From contig CBDUPA010000006.1 of NCBI GenBank assembly GCA_965368975.1, forward strand, positions 160,001 through 224,000: a stretch of DNA of 64,000 nucleotides. Reading direction: 5' to 3'. The DNA is from an uncultured bacterium (GTDB lineage: Bacteria; Acidobacteriota; Thermoanaerobaculia; Multivoradales; JAHZIX01). Positions 33,506 to 42,384 of this stretch are shown one piece after another. The translations under genes and the position numbers were made by a program. Under the pieces are notes generated by a model. The model was given only the letters and a program-made list of their open reading frames with translations. It was not told the DNA's origin and ran no database searches. The first letter of the stretch is position 1. Each line of letters begins with the position of its first letter.

Positions 33506-33544
33506 AGGATCAAGGGTTTACACTCGCTGTAGACCCTTGGTCCT
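33506..33544 (+). promoter_or_regulatory. 17-bp stem-loop in the leader of the second peptidase unit
   Basis: AGGATCAAGGGTTTACA-CTCGC-TGTAGACCCTTGGTCCT (two G-U pairs), followed by TACTTTT. Confidence 0.45.
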
Positions 33545-33571
33545 TACTTTTGAATCCTTCCTTACAGTGAG

Positions 33572-34087
33572 GTGTCGTTCATGTTCCAGCAGGTCTTGGG
33601 TAAGAACTATGCGGAGCGCATGATTAGCTTGTGCGCAATAGCAGTAGCATTCCTGGTCTTCGTGCCAGGAGGCTCGGTGGTGGCGGATGAAGCCGCCCAG
33701 CCAGTACAGGATCAGGTAACTGTCCAGACGGAGGTTACTCCTCTGACTGTGCAGCAAGATTCGATGCGGGTCTACAAGGACCCGGAGACGGGCCGCCTGA
33801 TGGCTCCGCCCCAGCACGTGCGCGAAGCCCTGGCTGCCCAGGCCGACAAGCAGCGTCAAGATCTCAACCAGAGCGCGGAAGGCCTGCAGGCTCGCGTGCA
33901 TCGTAACGGCATGGTGACCATGGACCTGGAAGGTCGCTTCCAGAGCCACTACATGGTGACCCGTAGCGAGGACGGCCAGCTGCAGCACTTCTGCACGGAA
34001 GGCGAGCTCGCCTTCTTCGAGAAGCTGATCGCCAACCACAACGCCCAGAAGAACGCCGAGACGCAGGAGGTGGCCAATGACCGCTAA
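33572..34087 (+). CDS. Small exported protein (copy 2)
   Basis: Paralog of 30870-31358; start may be the ATG at 33581. Confidence 0.8.
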   Translation: MSFMFQQVLGKNYAERMISLCAIAVAFLVFVPGGSVVADEAAQPVQDQVTVQTEVTPLTVQQDSMRVYKDPETGRLMAPPQHVREALAAQADKQRQDLNQSAEGLQARVHRNGMVTMDLEGRFQSHYMVTRSEDGQLQHFCTEGELAFFEKLIANHNAQKNAETQEVANDR

Positions 34088-36002
34088 GCGCAACTTCACT
34101 GCTATCGCTGCCACGCTTCTTTTGCTGGCGGCTCCGTTCGCGGCGAGCGCCGCCACCATCACCGTCGTCAACCTCGACGGCCCGGGTGAAGGCTTCAACG
34201 ACACGACCCCTGCTACCCCGGTGGGCGGCAACACGGGCACCACGCTCGGTGAGCAGCGCGAGATCGTCTTCCAGACGGCGGCGAACATTTGGGGCGGTAT
34301 TCTCGACAGCAACGTCGAGATCGTCATCCGCGCCAACTTCAACCCGCTGAGCTGCGACGCCAGCTCGGCCGTGCTCGGCTCAGCCGGTACGGTGCAGGTG
34401 ACGGCCAACTTCGCCAACGCTCCGTTCTCCAACACCTGGTACCACATCGCCCTGGCCAACGCCATCGCCGGCACCGACCTGATCACCGGCGCTCCAGGCA
34501 GTAGCGGCGACGACATCTCGGCGAACTTCAACAGCTCGATCGACAACAACAACAACTGCTTGTCGGGCAGCAACTGGTACCTTGGCCTGGACAACAACGA
34601 GCCCGGCACCGACATCGACCTACTGACCGTCGTGCTGCACGAGTTTGGCCATGGTCTCGGCTTCTCGAACTTCGCCAACGAGAGCACGGGTGCCCTGCTG
34701 GGTCCGCCGAACTACCCCGGCATCTACAGCCAGTACACCTACGACAACACGCAGGGTCTGACCTGGGCGCAGATGACCAACAACCAGCGCGCCACCTCCG
34801 CCGTCAACACCGGCAACGTGGTGTGGACCGGTTCGGCGGTCACCGCCGAGGCGGCCAACTTGTTGGACAACGAAGCCTCGTTGTTCATCAACTCGCCGGG
34901 TGGCATCGCCGGTACCTACGACGCCCAGGCCGCCTTCTTCGGGCCAGCCCTGGACTTGACCGGTGTCACCGGCAACGTCGTGCTGGCGACGGACGGCACG
35001 GCTCCGGCCAACGACGGTTGCGAAGCGCTGACCAACGGTGGCGCCATCAGCGGCAACATTGCCCTGATCGACCGCGGCACCTGCACCTTCGCGCTGAAGG
35101 TGCTCAACGCCCAGGCCGCCGGCGCCACTGGCGTGATCATCGCCAACAACACGACCGGCCTGCCGCCGATGGGTGGCGACGACCCGAGCGTCACGATCTC
35201 GTCGGTCGGTATCTCGCAGGCTGACGGCACGACGATCAAGAACAACCTGCCCGGCGTCAACGTGACGCTGGCGCTGGACTCGAACAAGGTGGCGGGCGCC
35301 GACAGCCAGGGCCGGGTACGAATCTACGCTCCCAACCCGGTCGAAGGCGGCTCTTCGCTGTCGCACTTCGACACCGTGGCAACCCCGAACCTGCTGATGG
35401 AGCCGTTCATCGGCGACGACTTGACCACTGATGTCGACCTGACTGACGAGTTGTTCACCGACATCGGCTGGACGCTGCTCAATCCGTCGGTATGTGGCAA
35501 CGGCGTCCGTGAGGGTGCTGAAGAGTGCGACGGTTCCGACCTCGGTGGCGCTTCCTGCAGCGACATCAGCTGCTCGGGCGGTTCCGTCAGCTGCACCGGT
35601 AGTTGCACCGTCGACTACAGCGCCTGCAGTAGCTGCCCGGTGTGCAACTTCAACGGCGTCTGTGAGGCCGGTGAAGACTGCAACAACTGCGCCAGCGACT
35701 GTGTCTCCGGCACCACCGGTGGTGCCTCGTGCGGCAACGGCATCTGCGAAGCTGGCGACGGCGAGGATTGCCTCAGCTGCCCGAGCGATTGCAACGGCAA
35801 GCAGAACGGCAGGCCGTCCAGCCGCTTCTGCTGCGGCGACGGTGACGGCACCAACCCGGTTAGCTGCGGTGACAACCGCTGCACCCAGGGGAGCTTCCAA
35901 TGCACCGACACGCCGGTCGGCAGTGGCACGTCCTACTGCTGCGGTGACGCCATCTGCAACGGTGCCGAGAACAGCACCAACTGCAGCTTGGACTGCCCGT
36001 AA
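34077..36002 (+). CDS. Secreted zinc metallopeptidase with PA domain and Cys-rich C-terminus (copy 2)
   Basis: 641-aa colinear paralog of 31348-33273. Confidence 0.88.
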   Translation: MTAKRNFTAIAATLLLLAAPFAASAATITVVNLDGPGEGFNDTTPATPVGGNTGTTLGEQREIVFQTAANIWGGILDSNVEIVIRANFNPLSCDASSAVLGSAGTVQVTANFANAPFSNTWYHIALANAIAGTDLITGAPGSSGDDISANFNSSIDNNNNCLSGSNWYLGLDNNEPGTDIDLLTVVLHEFGHGLGFSNFANESTGALLGPPNYPGIYSQYTYDNTQGLTWAQMTNNQRATSAVNTGNVVWTGSAVTAEAANLLDNEASLFINSPGGIAGTYDAQAAFFGPALDLTGVTGNVVLATDGTAPANDGCEALTNGGAISGNIALIDRGTCTFALKVLNAQAAGATGVIIANNTTGLPPMGGDDPSVTISSVGISQADGTTIKNNLPGVNVTLALDSNKVAGADSQGRVRIYAPNPVEGGSSLSHFDTVATPNLLMEPFIGDDLTTDVDLTDELFTDIGWTLLNPSVCGNGVREGAEECDGSDLGGASCSDISCSGGSVSCTGSCTVDYSACSSCPVCNFNGVCEAGEDCNNCASDCVSGTTGGASCGNGICEAGDGEDCLSCPSDCNGKQNGRPSSRFCCGDGDGTNPVSCGDNRCTQGSFQCTDTPVGSGTSYCCGDAICNGAENSTNCSLDCP

Positions 36003-36046
36003 CACGCGACGTTCAGCTCTGAGTCAGAGCTGAAGCGTCAGAGACG

Positions 36047-36078
36047 AGGCCGGGATCCTTTGGGATTCCGGTCTTTTC
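36047..36078 (+). terminator. Rho-independent terminator (homologous to 33338-33370)
   Basis: AGGCCGGGATCC-TTTG-GGATTCCGGTCTTTT; preceded by a second hairpin at 36012-36034. Confidence 0.72.
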
Positions 36079-36112
36079 TATTGGGGCAACTCCCCACGTC
36101 GAGGGATCCCCC

Positions 36113-37162
36113 CTACCCAGAGCGTCCCAACGCCAGTTGACAAATCCGCTGGCACAGCTCGTCGAAGCTGATTCCCACGGCCGCCGCGCTCTGAGGCAGC
36201 AGGCTGTTGGAGGTCATGCCGGGCAGGGTGTTGACCTCCAGGCAGGCGATCTCACCGGTCGGGGTGACGATGAAGTCGACGCGTGAGAAGTCGCTCAGCT
36301 TGAGGGCGTAGTGCGCCCGCAGAGCCAGGCGGCGCAGCTCGTCGGCCAGCGCCTGGTCGATGTCGGCGGGGAAGATCTCCTGCGCCATACCGGGTGTGTA
36401 CTTGCATTCGTAGTCGAAGATCTCGTGCACGGGGATGATCTCGCCCACCGCCAACGCTCGATCACCCAGGATGCCGACGGTCAGCTCGCGACCGTCGACG
36501 AAGCGTTCGAGCATCACCTCGCGGTCATACTGGGCAGCTGTCTCGATCGCAGCCTGCAATTCGCCTGCGGCGCGTACCACCGTCAGGCCGACGGTGGAAC
36601 CGACGCGCAGCGGCTTGACCACGATCGGCCATCCGAGATCGTCACCGGCCCCCTCGTTGCCAGCATCGGCCAGCTCGTCCAGATCTTGCCGCGGCCACAT
36701 CTTCCAGTCGGCCGTCGGCACACCCGCGGCGCGGAACAGGTGCTTGCTGATGTCCTTGTCCATGGCCACTGTGCTGCCGAGCGCGTCGCTGCCGGTGTAG
36801 CGCACGCCGGCCATGTCGAGTAGGGCTTGCAGCTCCCCACCCTCACCTTGGCGGCCATGGAGAATCAGGAGCACCAGATCCGCCGCCTTGATGGCCGGCA
36901 GGTCCACCAGGCGTGGTCCGAGTTCTTGCTGTTCCAGCTGCCGCAATTGCTCGACCGTAGGGGGATCAGCACCTACGGTTGCGTCCAGCTGCTGTTCTTC
37001 GGTGGCATCCAGTTTACCGCTGCAGGTATCGACGACGGTCACAGAGTGGCCGAGGCGACGCAGTGCAGCGACGACCTGCACGGCTCCGGCGAGGGCCACG
37101 TTGCGTTCCGGTGTTGAACCACCTGTGAGCACGACGATGTTGACCGCTGGGATCTTTGCCAT
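36113..37162 (-). CDS. ddl: D-alanine--D-alanine ligase
   Basis: GG.TPER.V, LHG..GE.G, MDK, GST.G, FDYECKY, EVNTLPGMT. Confidence 0.95.
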   Translation of the reverse strand: MAKIPAVNIVVLTGGSTPERNVALAGAVQVVAALRRLGHSVTVVDTCSGKLDATEEQQLDATVGADPPTVEQLRQLEQQELGPRLVDLPAIKAADLVLLILHGRQGEGGELQALLDMAGVRYTGSDALGSTVAMDKDISKHLFRAAGVPTADWKMWPRQDLDELADAGNEGAGDDLGWPIVVKPLRVGSTVGLTVVRAAGELQAAIETAAQYDREVMLERFVDGRELTVGILGDRALAVGEIIPVHEIFDYECKYTPGMAQEIFPADIDQALADELRRLALRAHYALKLSDFSRVDFIVTPTGEIACLEVNTLPGMTSNSLLPQSAAAVGISFDELCQRICQLALGRSG

Positions 37163-37446
37163 GACGGCGAATCATAGCACCGGCGGTATCCCGTGATCCT
37201 GCCATGATCTCCTCAAGTCATCACTATTTGCTGGCGCGAAATCTCTGCAGCTGCTTGGTACGTCTCGCTGATCTGCGCGTATTTCCAAGAAGTAGCGGGC
37301 ACTTTGCTCCTTGTTACCGAATCGGCATAAAGCTTGCTTTCAATCCTTGAAGGTCGAACCCCGGCTCGGGACACTGCAACCCGCTCGATCCACCAAGGCC
37401 CGAGCAGATCGACCCACCACCTACCTGACAAACTCCCTGCATGTTT

Positions 37447-37474
37447 GGGGCTCTGCAAAGAGCCCCCTCTTTTT
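37447..37474 (+). terminator. Rho-independent terminator with no plus-strand CDS directly upstream
   Basis: GGGGCTCT-GCAA-AGAGCCCC-CTCTTTTT. Confidence 0.65.
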
Positions 37475-37638
37475 GTCTGTGCGCTGAGTTCGTGCGCTGA
37501 GTTCGTGCGCGTTTCCACTGTGCCCTGCAGCCAAGCACCCGGTGCTTGGGATACCATCTTGTGCGTGGAGTCCTTCCGCGCCGGCCACGGTCCAGTGGCC
37601 TCTCCCTGATCCATGCTGAGACTGGAGGCTGAACGAGC

Positions 37639-38859
37639 ATGAGGAATGTGTGCTTCGTCGTGGTGTTTTCCTGGCTGCTGACAGGTTGGTTGTTCGCTAC
37701 CGGTCCCGCGGCTGCGGCGGATTGGCCGCAGTTCCGTGGACCGCAGCGAGACGGTACGTCCACCGAGACCGGCCTGGCGACCGTGTGGCCGCAAACCGGC
37801 CCTCAACAGCTGTGGCGTGTCGAGATCGGTGAAGGCTACTCCGGGATCGTCGTGGTCGATGGTCGGCTGCTGACCATGTTCGCCGCCGGGGAAGACGAGG
37901 TGCTCGCCAGCTTCGATCCCGCCACCGGTAAGGAACAGTGGCGCGTGCGCATCGGCGCCAATTTCGAGACCCAGCTGGGCAACGGTCCGCGCGCCACCCC
38001 GACCGTGGCGGACGGAGTCGCGTATGCGCTCAGCTCCAATGGCCAGCTACACGCGATCCACGTAGCCGACGGCAAGGTCCTGTGGAGCCGCGATTTGCCC
38101 GAGACGCTCGGTGGTCGGCGGCCGAATTGGGGCTACGCCGCGCCCCCATTGGTCGACGGTGATCACCTGCTGATCGACGCCGGCGGTCTCGAAGGCCGCG
38201 GCTTCGCCAGCTTGTCACGCACCACTGGTGAGATCGTCTGGACCGCCACGGACGAGCGCAACGGTTACGCCGCGCCGCTACGTCTCGAACTGGCCGGCCG
38301 CTCGCAGTACGTCACGGTGACGCGCGACCACGTGCTCGGCCTGGACCCGCAGACCGGCACGGTTCTGTGGCAGCACCCGGCTGGCGACGGCACGATCGCC
38401 GGGGTTGTCGACGCGGGGGAGGATCGGGTCTTCGTGTCGGCACCGGAGGACGGTGCGATCGCACTGCGAATTCACAAGGATGGGGACGGCTTTCGGATCG
38501 AAGAGCTGTGGACGTCGAAGCGCTTCAAGAATCACTTCCAGACCTCGGTGTACTTCGAGGGTCACCTTTATGGATTCGACGCCGGTTCGCTCAAGTGCAT
38601 CGACGCCGCCAGTGGTGAGATGAGCTGGGGTAAGCGGGGCTTGGGCAAAGGGTCCCTGATCATCGCTGATGGTTTGCTGATCATCCTCGGTGAGCGCGGC
38701 CAGTTGGTGCTCGCCAAGGCGACGCCCGAGAGCTGGCAGGAGTTGGCGTCGGCGCAGATCTTCGAGGACAAGTCCTGGACGCCACCGGCTCTGGCTGACG
38801 GCCGTCTCTACCTGCGCAACCAATTCGAAATGGTCGCTCTGGACCTGACGGGAGAGTGA
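37639..38859 (+). CDS. PQQ-like beta-propeller (BamB-like) exported protein
   Basis: Signal peptide, DWPQFRGP.RDG, repeated TG...W blades, W.PP.LA.GRLYLR. Confidence 0.88.
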   Translation: MRNVCFVVVFSWLLTGWLFATGPAAAADWPQFRGPQRDGTSTETGLATVWPQTGPQQLWRVEIGEGYSGIVVVDGRLLTMFAAGEDEVLASFDPATGKEQWRVRIGANFETQLGNGPRATPTVADGVAYALSSNGQLHAIHVADGKVLWSRDLPETLGGRRPNWGYAAPPLVDGDHLLIDAGGLEGRGFASLSRTTGEIVWTATDERNGYAAPLRLELAGRSQYVTVTRDHVLGLDPQTGTVLWQHPAGDGTIAGVVDAGEDRVFVSAPEDGAIALRIHKDGDGFRIEELWTSKRFKNHFQTSVYFEGHLYGFDAGSLKCIDAASGEMSWGKRGLGKGSLIIADGLLIILGERGQLVLAKATPESWQELASAQIFEDKSWTPPALADGRLYLRNQFEMVALDLTGE

Positions 38860-40103
38860 AGATGAAGCGCGCGATTCTCTTTCTGAGCCTGCTGTCGATG
38901 GCTGTGGGTCTCCTTCCCGCGGCCGGTTCGCTGGCAGCGGAAGACACCCCAACCCTATCGCTCGAACAGATTCTCAGCCGTCACGCGACCGCGCGTGGGG
39001 GTATCGATGCCTGGCGTCACCTGCAGACGATGAAGATCGAGGGCCAGTACATTGCCTTCGGCAAGAGTGGCCCTTTCGTCCTGTACCGGGCGCGCTCCGA
39101 AGCGGGCCAGATCGACAAGCTGCGCTTCGAGCGTCCCGAGCCGCCCTATGACGCCGTCATTGCGACCGATGGCGAGTCTTCGTGGTGGATCAACCCGTGG
39201 GTTGGCGTCGAGTGGGCGGTGCCGCTGCCCAAGGCGGAAGACGAGACACTGCTGGTCGACACCTACTTCGTGAATCCCTTGCTAGAAGCCACGGCCAAGG
39301 GCAACCAGGTCGAGCTGGTCGGGCGGACCGACTTCGAGGGGACCAATGCGTACGAGCTGAAAGTCGTACTGAGCAACGGCCTGGAGGAGACCTGGTACCT
39401 GGACGCCGAGACCTTTCTGGAACTCGGCAGTCTCGGTCATGCCGCGGACTACGGGGATCCCAAAGAGGCGAGGACCTTCTTCGACGACTTCCGCGACATC
39501 GATGGGCTGGTGATGCCCTTCTACATCGAGCGCGAATACGGCATCCGGCTACGCATCATCGAGGTGGAGTCCGTCGAGTTCAACCCCGAGCTGTCGGCCG
39601 ATCTCTTCCGTTTCCCGGTACCGCAGCCCGACGGCATGCAGCGCTTGGCGTCGCTGGCTGGGGACTGGGACGTCGCCGTGCGTAGCCGGGACAACCCTAG
39701 TTTCGCGTGGAAAGAGGGCGAGACCACCAGCACCGTCGAGGCAACGTTTCACGGTCTACAGCTGGTCGAGACACTGCGCCACGAGGTGGTGCAACCGCGG
39801 ACGTTCTTCCACACCCGCGCCTACGATCGCTTCCGCGAGGTCTACCGCGACACGTTGTTCTACGACGGCTTGTTCCATCCCCTGGTGCTCGAAGGTACCT
39901 TCGGCGAGGATGGCCGGTTGATCCAGGAGAGCGTTGGCGAGGGGGCTCCCTACGTCACGCGTCTGATCACCTCTGGTATCGCTGAAGAGGGGGGCATCAG
40001 TGAAGACGGCTTCAAGGTCGAAGAAGAACGCTCCTTCGATGGCGGCGAAACCTGGACGCCCGTAGTGGAGCTGACCTACACGCGCCGGCCGGCCGGGGAC
40101 TGA
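38856..40103 (+). CDS. Exported protein, LolA-like N-terminal domain plus C-terminal beta domain
   Basis: Signal peptide; A.GG..AW, YLDAETFL, DFRDIDGL.MPF pattern; coupled to the previous gene. Confidence 0.6.
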   Translation: MKMKRAILFLSLLSMAVGLLPAAGSLAAEDTPTLSLEQILSRHATARGGIDAWRHLQTMKIEGQYIAFGKSGPFVLYRARSEAGQIDKLRFERPEPPYDAVIATDGESSWWINPWVGVEWAVPLPKAEDETLLVDTYFVNPLLEATAKGNQVELVGRTDFEGTNAYELKVVLSNGLEETWYLDAETFLELGSLGHAADYGDPKEARTFFDDFRDIDGLVMPFYIEREYGIRLRIIEVESVEFNPELSADLFRFPVPQPDGMQRLASLAGDWDVAVRSRDNPSFAWKEGETTSTVEATFHGLQLVETLRHEVVQPRTFFHTRAYDRFREVYRDTLFYDGLFHPLVLEGTFGEDGRLIQESVGEGAPYVTRLITSGIAEEGGISEDGFKVEEERSFDGGETWTPVVELTYTRRPAGD

Positions 40104-40146
40104 CGCCCACCACGAGCGAGAGCCGCTCGGCGCGAGCGGTGCCGGC

Positions 40147-40395
40147 TCAAGGAACGAGCTGCGTACCGTCCGCGTCGAGCACTACGAGCGCCTCGACTGG
40201 ACATACCTCGCAGGCTTCGATCACCCGCTCCCGATCCAGCGTGCCGGGAGCGTCGTCCCGAAAGGTCACGATCTGCTGGTCGTCGAACTCCAGCAACTCT
40301 GGCGTGACGCGTGTGCATGAGCCGGAGCTGATGCAGCTGGTGCGCAGAATGCGCAGCGTGAACTCTCCAATCTTGCGTTCTTCCAGGTCGGACAT
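40147..40395 (-). CDS. Ferredoxin (single-cluster, likely 3Fe-4S)
   Basis: CISSGSC...ACEVCPVEAL. Confidence 0.8.
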   Translation of the reverse strand: MSDLEERKIGEFTLRILRTSCISSGSCTRVTPELLEFDDQQIVTFRDDAPGTLDRERVIEACEVCPVEALVVLDADGTQLVP

Positions 40396-40448
40396 GCTCT
40401 CTCTCCGGTAATTCCAGGCTCCGATGATCTAGGTGAGGCTGCTCTGCC

Positions 40449-41381
40449 TCAGCGCCCTGGCGGCTGCTGTGGAGGGGGAGCGTACAACACTCGTCCGCCG
40501 CGCGTGTGCCGCCGCGGCTGTGACGTCGTCGCGCGCGGCTCGGAACCTGTGTCTCGTGCCTGGGGGCGCGGCGACCGTGCCTGCCCGGTACCTAGGCCGC
40601 CAGAGCCGTGGACAGTACCGCCGTGGCTGCCCTGCAAGTGCCACCAGACGTGGGGCACACCGTCGTAGCCATGGTGGGAGGTTCCGTAAGCGGGTGCACC
40701 GCCGCCGTAGAGCGGAAAGCCGCCGACAGGAATGCCGCTGACCGGATTGACCACCCCGGGCACGGTTCTGGCAGCAGACGTCTGGCGCGACGCTTCCAGC
40801 TGCAGCCGGGCCGTCTCCACTTGCAGGCGCGCGTCCTCCAGCTGCTGCAAGCGTCGCAGGGCAGTCTGTTGTTGTTCGGCCTGCAGCGTTCGTGCCCGCT
40901 CTTCGCTGGTCACCCAGTCGCCGCGGAAGCGCACCTCGCCGCGTAGGTCGCGCAGCTGCTCTTCGGTCACCCAGGTGCCGTCCGTGAGCCGCAGATAGCC
41001 GAGCAGGTGCCGTGCACCCTCGTGGTCCGGGTCGATCAGGATCACGCGCTCGAGCAGTCGCCGCTCTAGCGTTGCTTCACCGTTGTCTCGGCACCACAGA
41101 GCCAGCTCGAAGCGTCCCTCGGCGTCGCCGGGTTGCAGCGCCGCCAGAACGCGCTCGACCTCCTGTGCCGCCGTCGAGCCCCGCTCCACACGAGCGATCT
41201 GGTCCGCGGGTAACTCGAGGGTGCCGAACGACATCTCGATGCGCACCTTGCCGTTGCCCAGATCGGTCAGTGTTCCGTCTAGCTTACGGCCGGTGGTCAT
41301 CCAGATCTCGTCCGCGTGGATGGCGTGTGGCGGTAGGAGCGAGAGGCAGAGGAGGGCGGTGAGCAGTGTCGAGATTTTCAT
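40449..41381 (-). CDS. Hypothetical exported protein
   Basis: Signal peptide; LA.WC...DPDHEGAR.LLGY...W pattern; low-complexity tail. Confidence 0.65.
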   Translation of the reverse strand: MKISTLLTALLCLSLLPPHAIHADEIWMTTGRKLDGTLTDLGNGKVRIEMSFGTLELPADQIARVERGSTAAQEVERVLAALQPGDAEGRFELALWCRDNGEATLERRLLERVILIDPDHEGARHLLGYLRLTDGTWVTEEQLRDLRGEVRFRGDWVTSEERARTLQAEQQQTALRRLQQLEDARLQVETARLQLEASRQTSAARTVPGVVNPVSGIPVGGFPLYGGGAPAYGTSHHGYDGVPHVWWHLQGSHGGTVHGSGGLGTGQARSPRPQARDTGSEPRATTSQPRRHTRGGRVLYAPPPQQPPGR

Positions 41382-41422
41382 GGCACTGAATACGGTAGCG
41401 CTCGAAGAAAGGACAGTCAATC

Positions 41423-42115
41423 ATCGCCCGCGAGGTCGGCAGGCTGGTCGGCTGGCGCGAGAAATTCTGGTCGCGGCGCTACCAGCATGTCGTGGTCAGC
41501 ACCGAACCAGCAGCGCAGATCGCGCGTTTACGGTACGTTCTGTCGCACGGCGTCAAGGAAGACCTGGTGCACCGGTCTGAAGATTGGCCGGGTGTCCAGG
41601 GGGTACGGTGTTTACTGCACGGTGAAGCGTTGCGGGGATACTGGTTCGATCGCACTGAGGAGTACAAGGCGCGGCAGCGCGGCGAGTCGTATGAGCGCCT
41701 GACGTACGCGACACCGGAGGCACTGTACTTGGACCCGCTACCGTGCTGGCGTCACTTGAGCGTCGAGGCGCGAAGGTCGAGAGTGCGGGAGTTGCTGCAC
41801 GGCATTGAGGTGGAGCATCGGGAGCGTCGAGGTGTGGAGAGGAGGGGAGTGCTGGGGGTGAATGGGGTCAAGGCCCTGGATCCGCACGAGTCGCCCCGAA
41901 AACCCAAGAAGTCCCTGGCACCCTGGTTTCATGCGGCAAGTCGGAAGGCGCGGCGCGAACTCAAGAAAGCGTACGAGCTGTTCTATGCGGCCTACCGCGG
42001 TGCGGCAGATGCGATGCGAGACGGGAATCGAGGCGTAGAGTTCCCAGAAGGGAGTTTCCCGCCGGCTTTGCCGTTCGTCACGCCCGATCAACTGGCACGA
42101 CCGCAGCCGGCCTGA
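41423..42115 (+). pseudogene. 5'-truncated RAYT/IS200-like (Y1) transposase
   Basis: IAREVGRLVGWREKFWSRRY...LRYVLSHGVKEDLV....DWPG...FPEGSFPP. In-frame stop at 41396-41398; no N-terminal HUH motif. Confidence 0.65.
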
Positions 42116-42334
42116 GCCGGCTGCAGGGAATACGCCTGAAGTTCACGGTGCGGAAACGAGCTCAAGCTGCTCGGCAGACGACGTGTGTCCAGGAACGCTC
42201 AGAAGAGACCTAGTCAGACTGGTGCAGTGAGGTTCGGAGACAGATTCGGCAATGGAATCCAGTGGGGACTGCTGAGACGTGGTTAGATCGAGCTGATTCG
42301 ACACTGAAGGTACCTGAAATCTTAGAAGAGGCTG

Positions 42335-42374
42335 GCACCCTTGATAGCACCCTTGATATCGCACCCTTGATATC
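42335..42374 (+). repeat. Three tandem GCACCCTTGATA(TC) units
   Basis: Read directly at 42335, 42347 and 42361. Confidence 0.85.
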
Positions 42375-42384
42375 TTCGGGGTTC

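Noticed and set aside
36113-37162. Van-type D-Ala-D-Lac ligase
   Set aside because: No van cluster; the omega-loop YECKY is consistent with an ordinary Ddl.
37213-37806. ORFs within the ddl-PQQ intergenic gap
   Set aside because: No recognisable motifs, atypical composition, and they cross a terminator.
42335-42374. Possible mini-CRISPR or iterons
   Set aside because: Units are adjacent, 12-14 bp long, without spacers or a rep gene.
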